Shown here: positions 63,376-64,000 of the stretch, one piece after another
How the letters are laid out: the number at the start of each line of letters is the position of its first letter
How positions within the stretch are numbered: the first letter of the stretch is position 1
Assembly (NCBI GenBank): GCA_029717555.1
Contig: JAMDHS010000050.1
Coordinates: forward strand, 62,001-126,000
Origin: Peribolospora baueri
Taxonomy: Eukaryota
Reading direction: 5' to 3'
DNA: 64,000 nt
The notes under the pieces: generated by a model
Seen by the model: the letters and a program-made list of their open reading frames with translations, nothing else
What the model was told of the DNA's origin: nothing
Database searches by the model: none
Made by a program: the position numbers and the translations under genes

Positions 63376-64000
63376 GGCTGAGAGGGAGGACGTGGATGGG
63401 AATGAGGGGAGTGAGCCAGCTAGCTGGTTATGGAGGGCCAGTTAGCCGAGCGAGATTGTGTGTGTCTCTCTATCTCTCTATCTGCCTATCGTCGATCTAT
63501 CTATCCACGTCGACCCTCTCTCTCCTCTCGCCCGTAATGACTTGGTGGAGCTCGTGGAGCTCGTGGAGCATTCCAGCGCATGTGGCTGTCCTTGGCTTGG
63601 TCCTCGTCTCGAGCTCGAGAAGCACCCGCGCTGGGCCGTCGACGTCTCGCCGGGAGCGTGCGAATATGCGCACGTGCATACAACCCTAACCCTAGCCCAT
63701 CTCCACTTGCCCGGCAGGCCCCCGGGAATTCGCGCGTGGAGACAAATGCCGGCATTTCTCCGCGAAGATCTCTCACTGACTGACTCGACTCGACTCGACT
63801 CGACCGGCGGCTCTTGAGCGCGGCACTGCCCACCGCCTATCTTTCCTTCCCCCTCCATCTCTCTTCTGCCAGTTTCAGTACTCCGTTCCCCTCCCGGACA
63901 CCTCAGACGCTCGTCGCCTACGCCTCGCCACGACGCAAGTGGAAGGAAAAGCAAAAAGAAAAGGACAGCCGAGAAGGAACTCGTCGCTAGACAAGCTTCG

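Noticed and set aside
63682..63698. AACCCTAACCCTAGCCC telomere-like sequence
   Set aside because: Only about two units; compatible with chance.

Overview
A GC-rich, intron-dense eukaryotic window; gene content and splice signals point to a basidiomycete fungus. I assembled about 18 spliced or intact genes by hand. These are a Drn1/CWF19L1-like gene with five CCHC knuckles, an arrestin-fold protein, a SAM-dependent methyltransferase, a Ctr copper transporter, a histidine acid phosphatase, CSN1, SAM synthetase, an OCA1-like phosphatase, TRAPPC2L, SPO12, a GPI-anchored Ser/Thr-rich protein, MOB1, SEC7, a secreted GH1 glycosidase, a 4xCX9C Mix14-like protein, DUS3 and three hypothetical proteins. 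Two decayed genes are also present (FAD amine oxidase-like and possibly SnoaL-like). The main unexplained structure is a repeat family with three copies (about 38.6-40.7 kb minus, 57.6-60.2 kb plus, 60.7-61.1 kb plus). It combines a decayed promoter plus spliced gene with modular 180-330 bp units and minisatellites. Copy 1 is bracketed by a perfect 16-bp inverted repeat, and copies 1 and 2 flank the 17-kb SEC7-GH1-MIX14-DUS3 block in inverted orientation. I recognised no transposase, tRNA, rRNA or CRISPR. Gene names come from remembered motifs, not database searches, and element boundaries are approximate.
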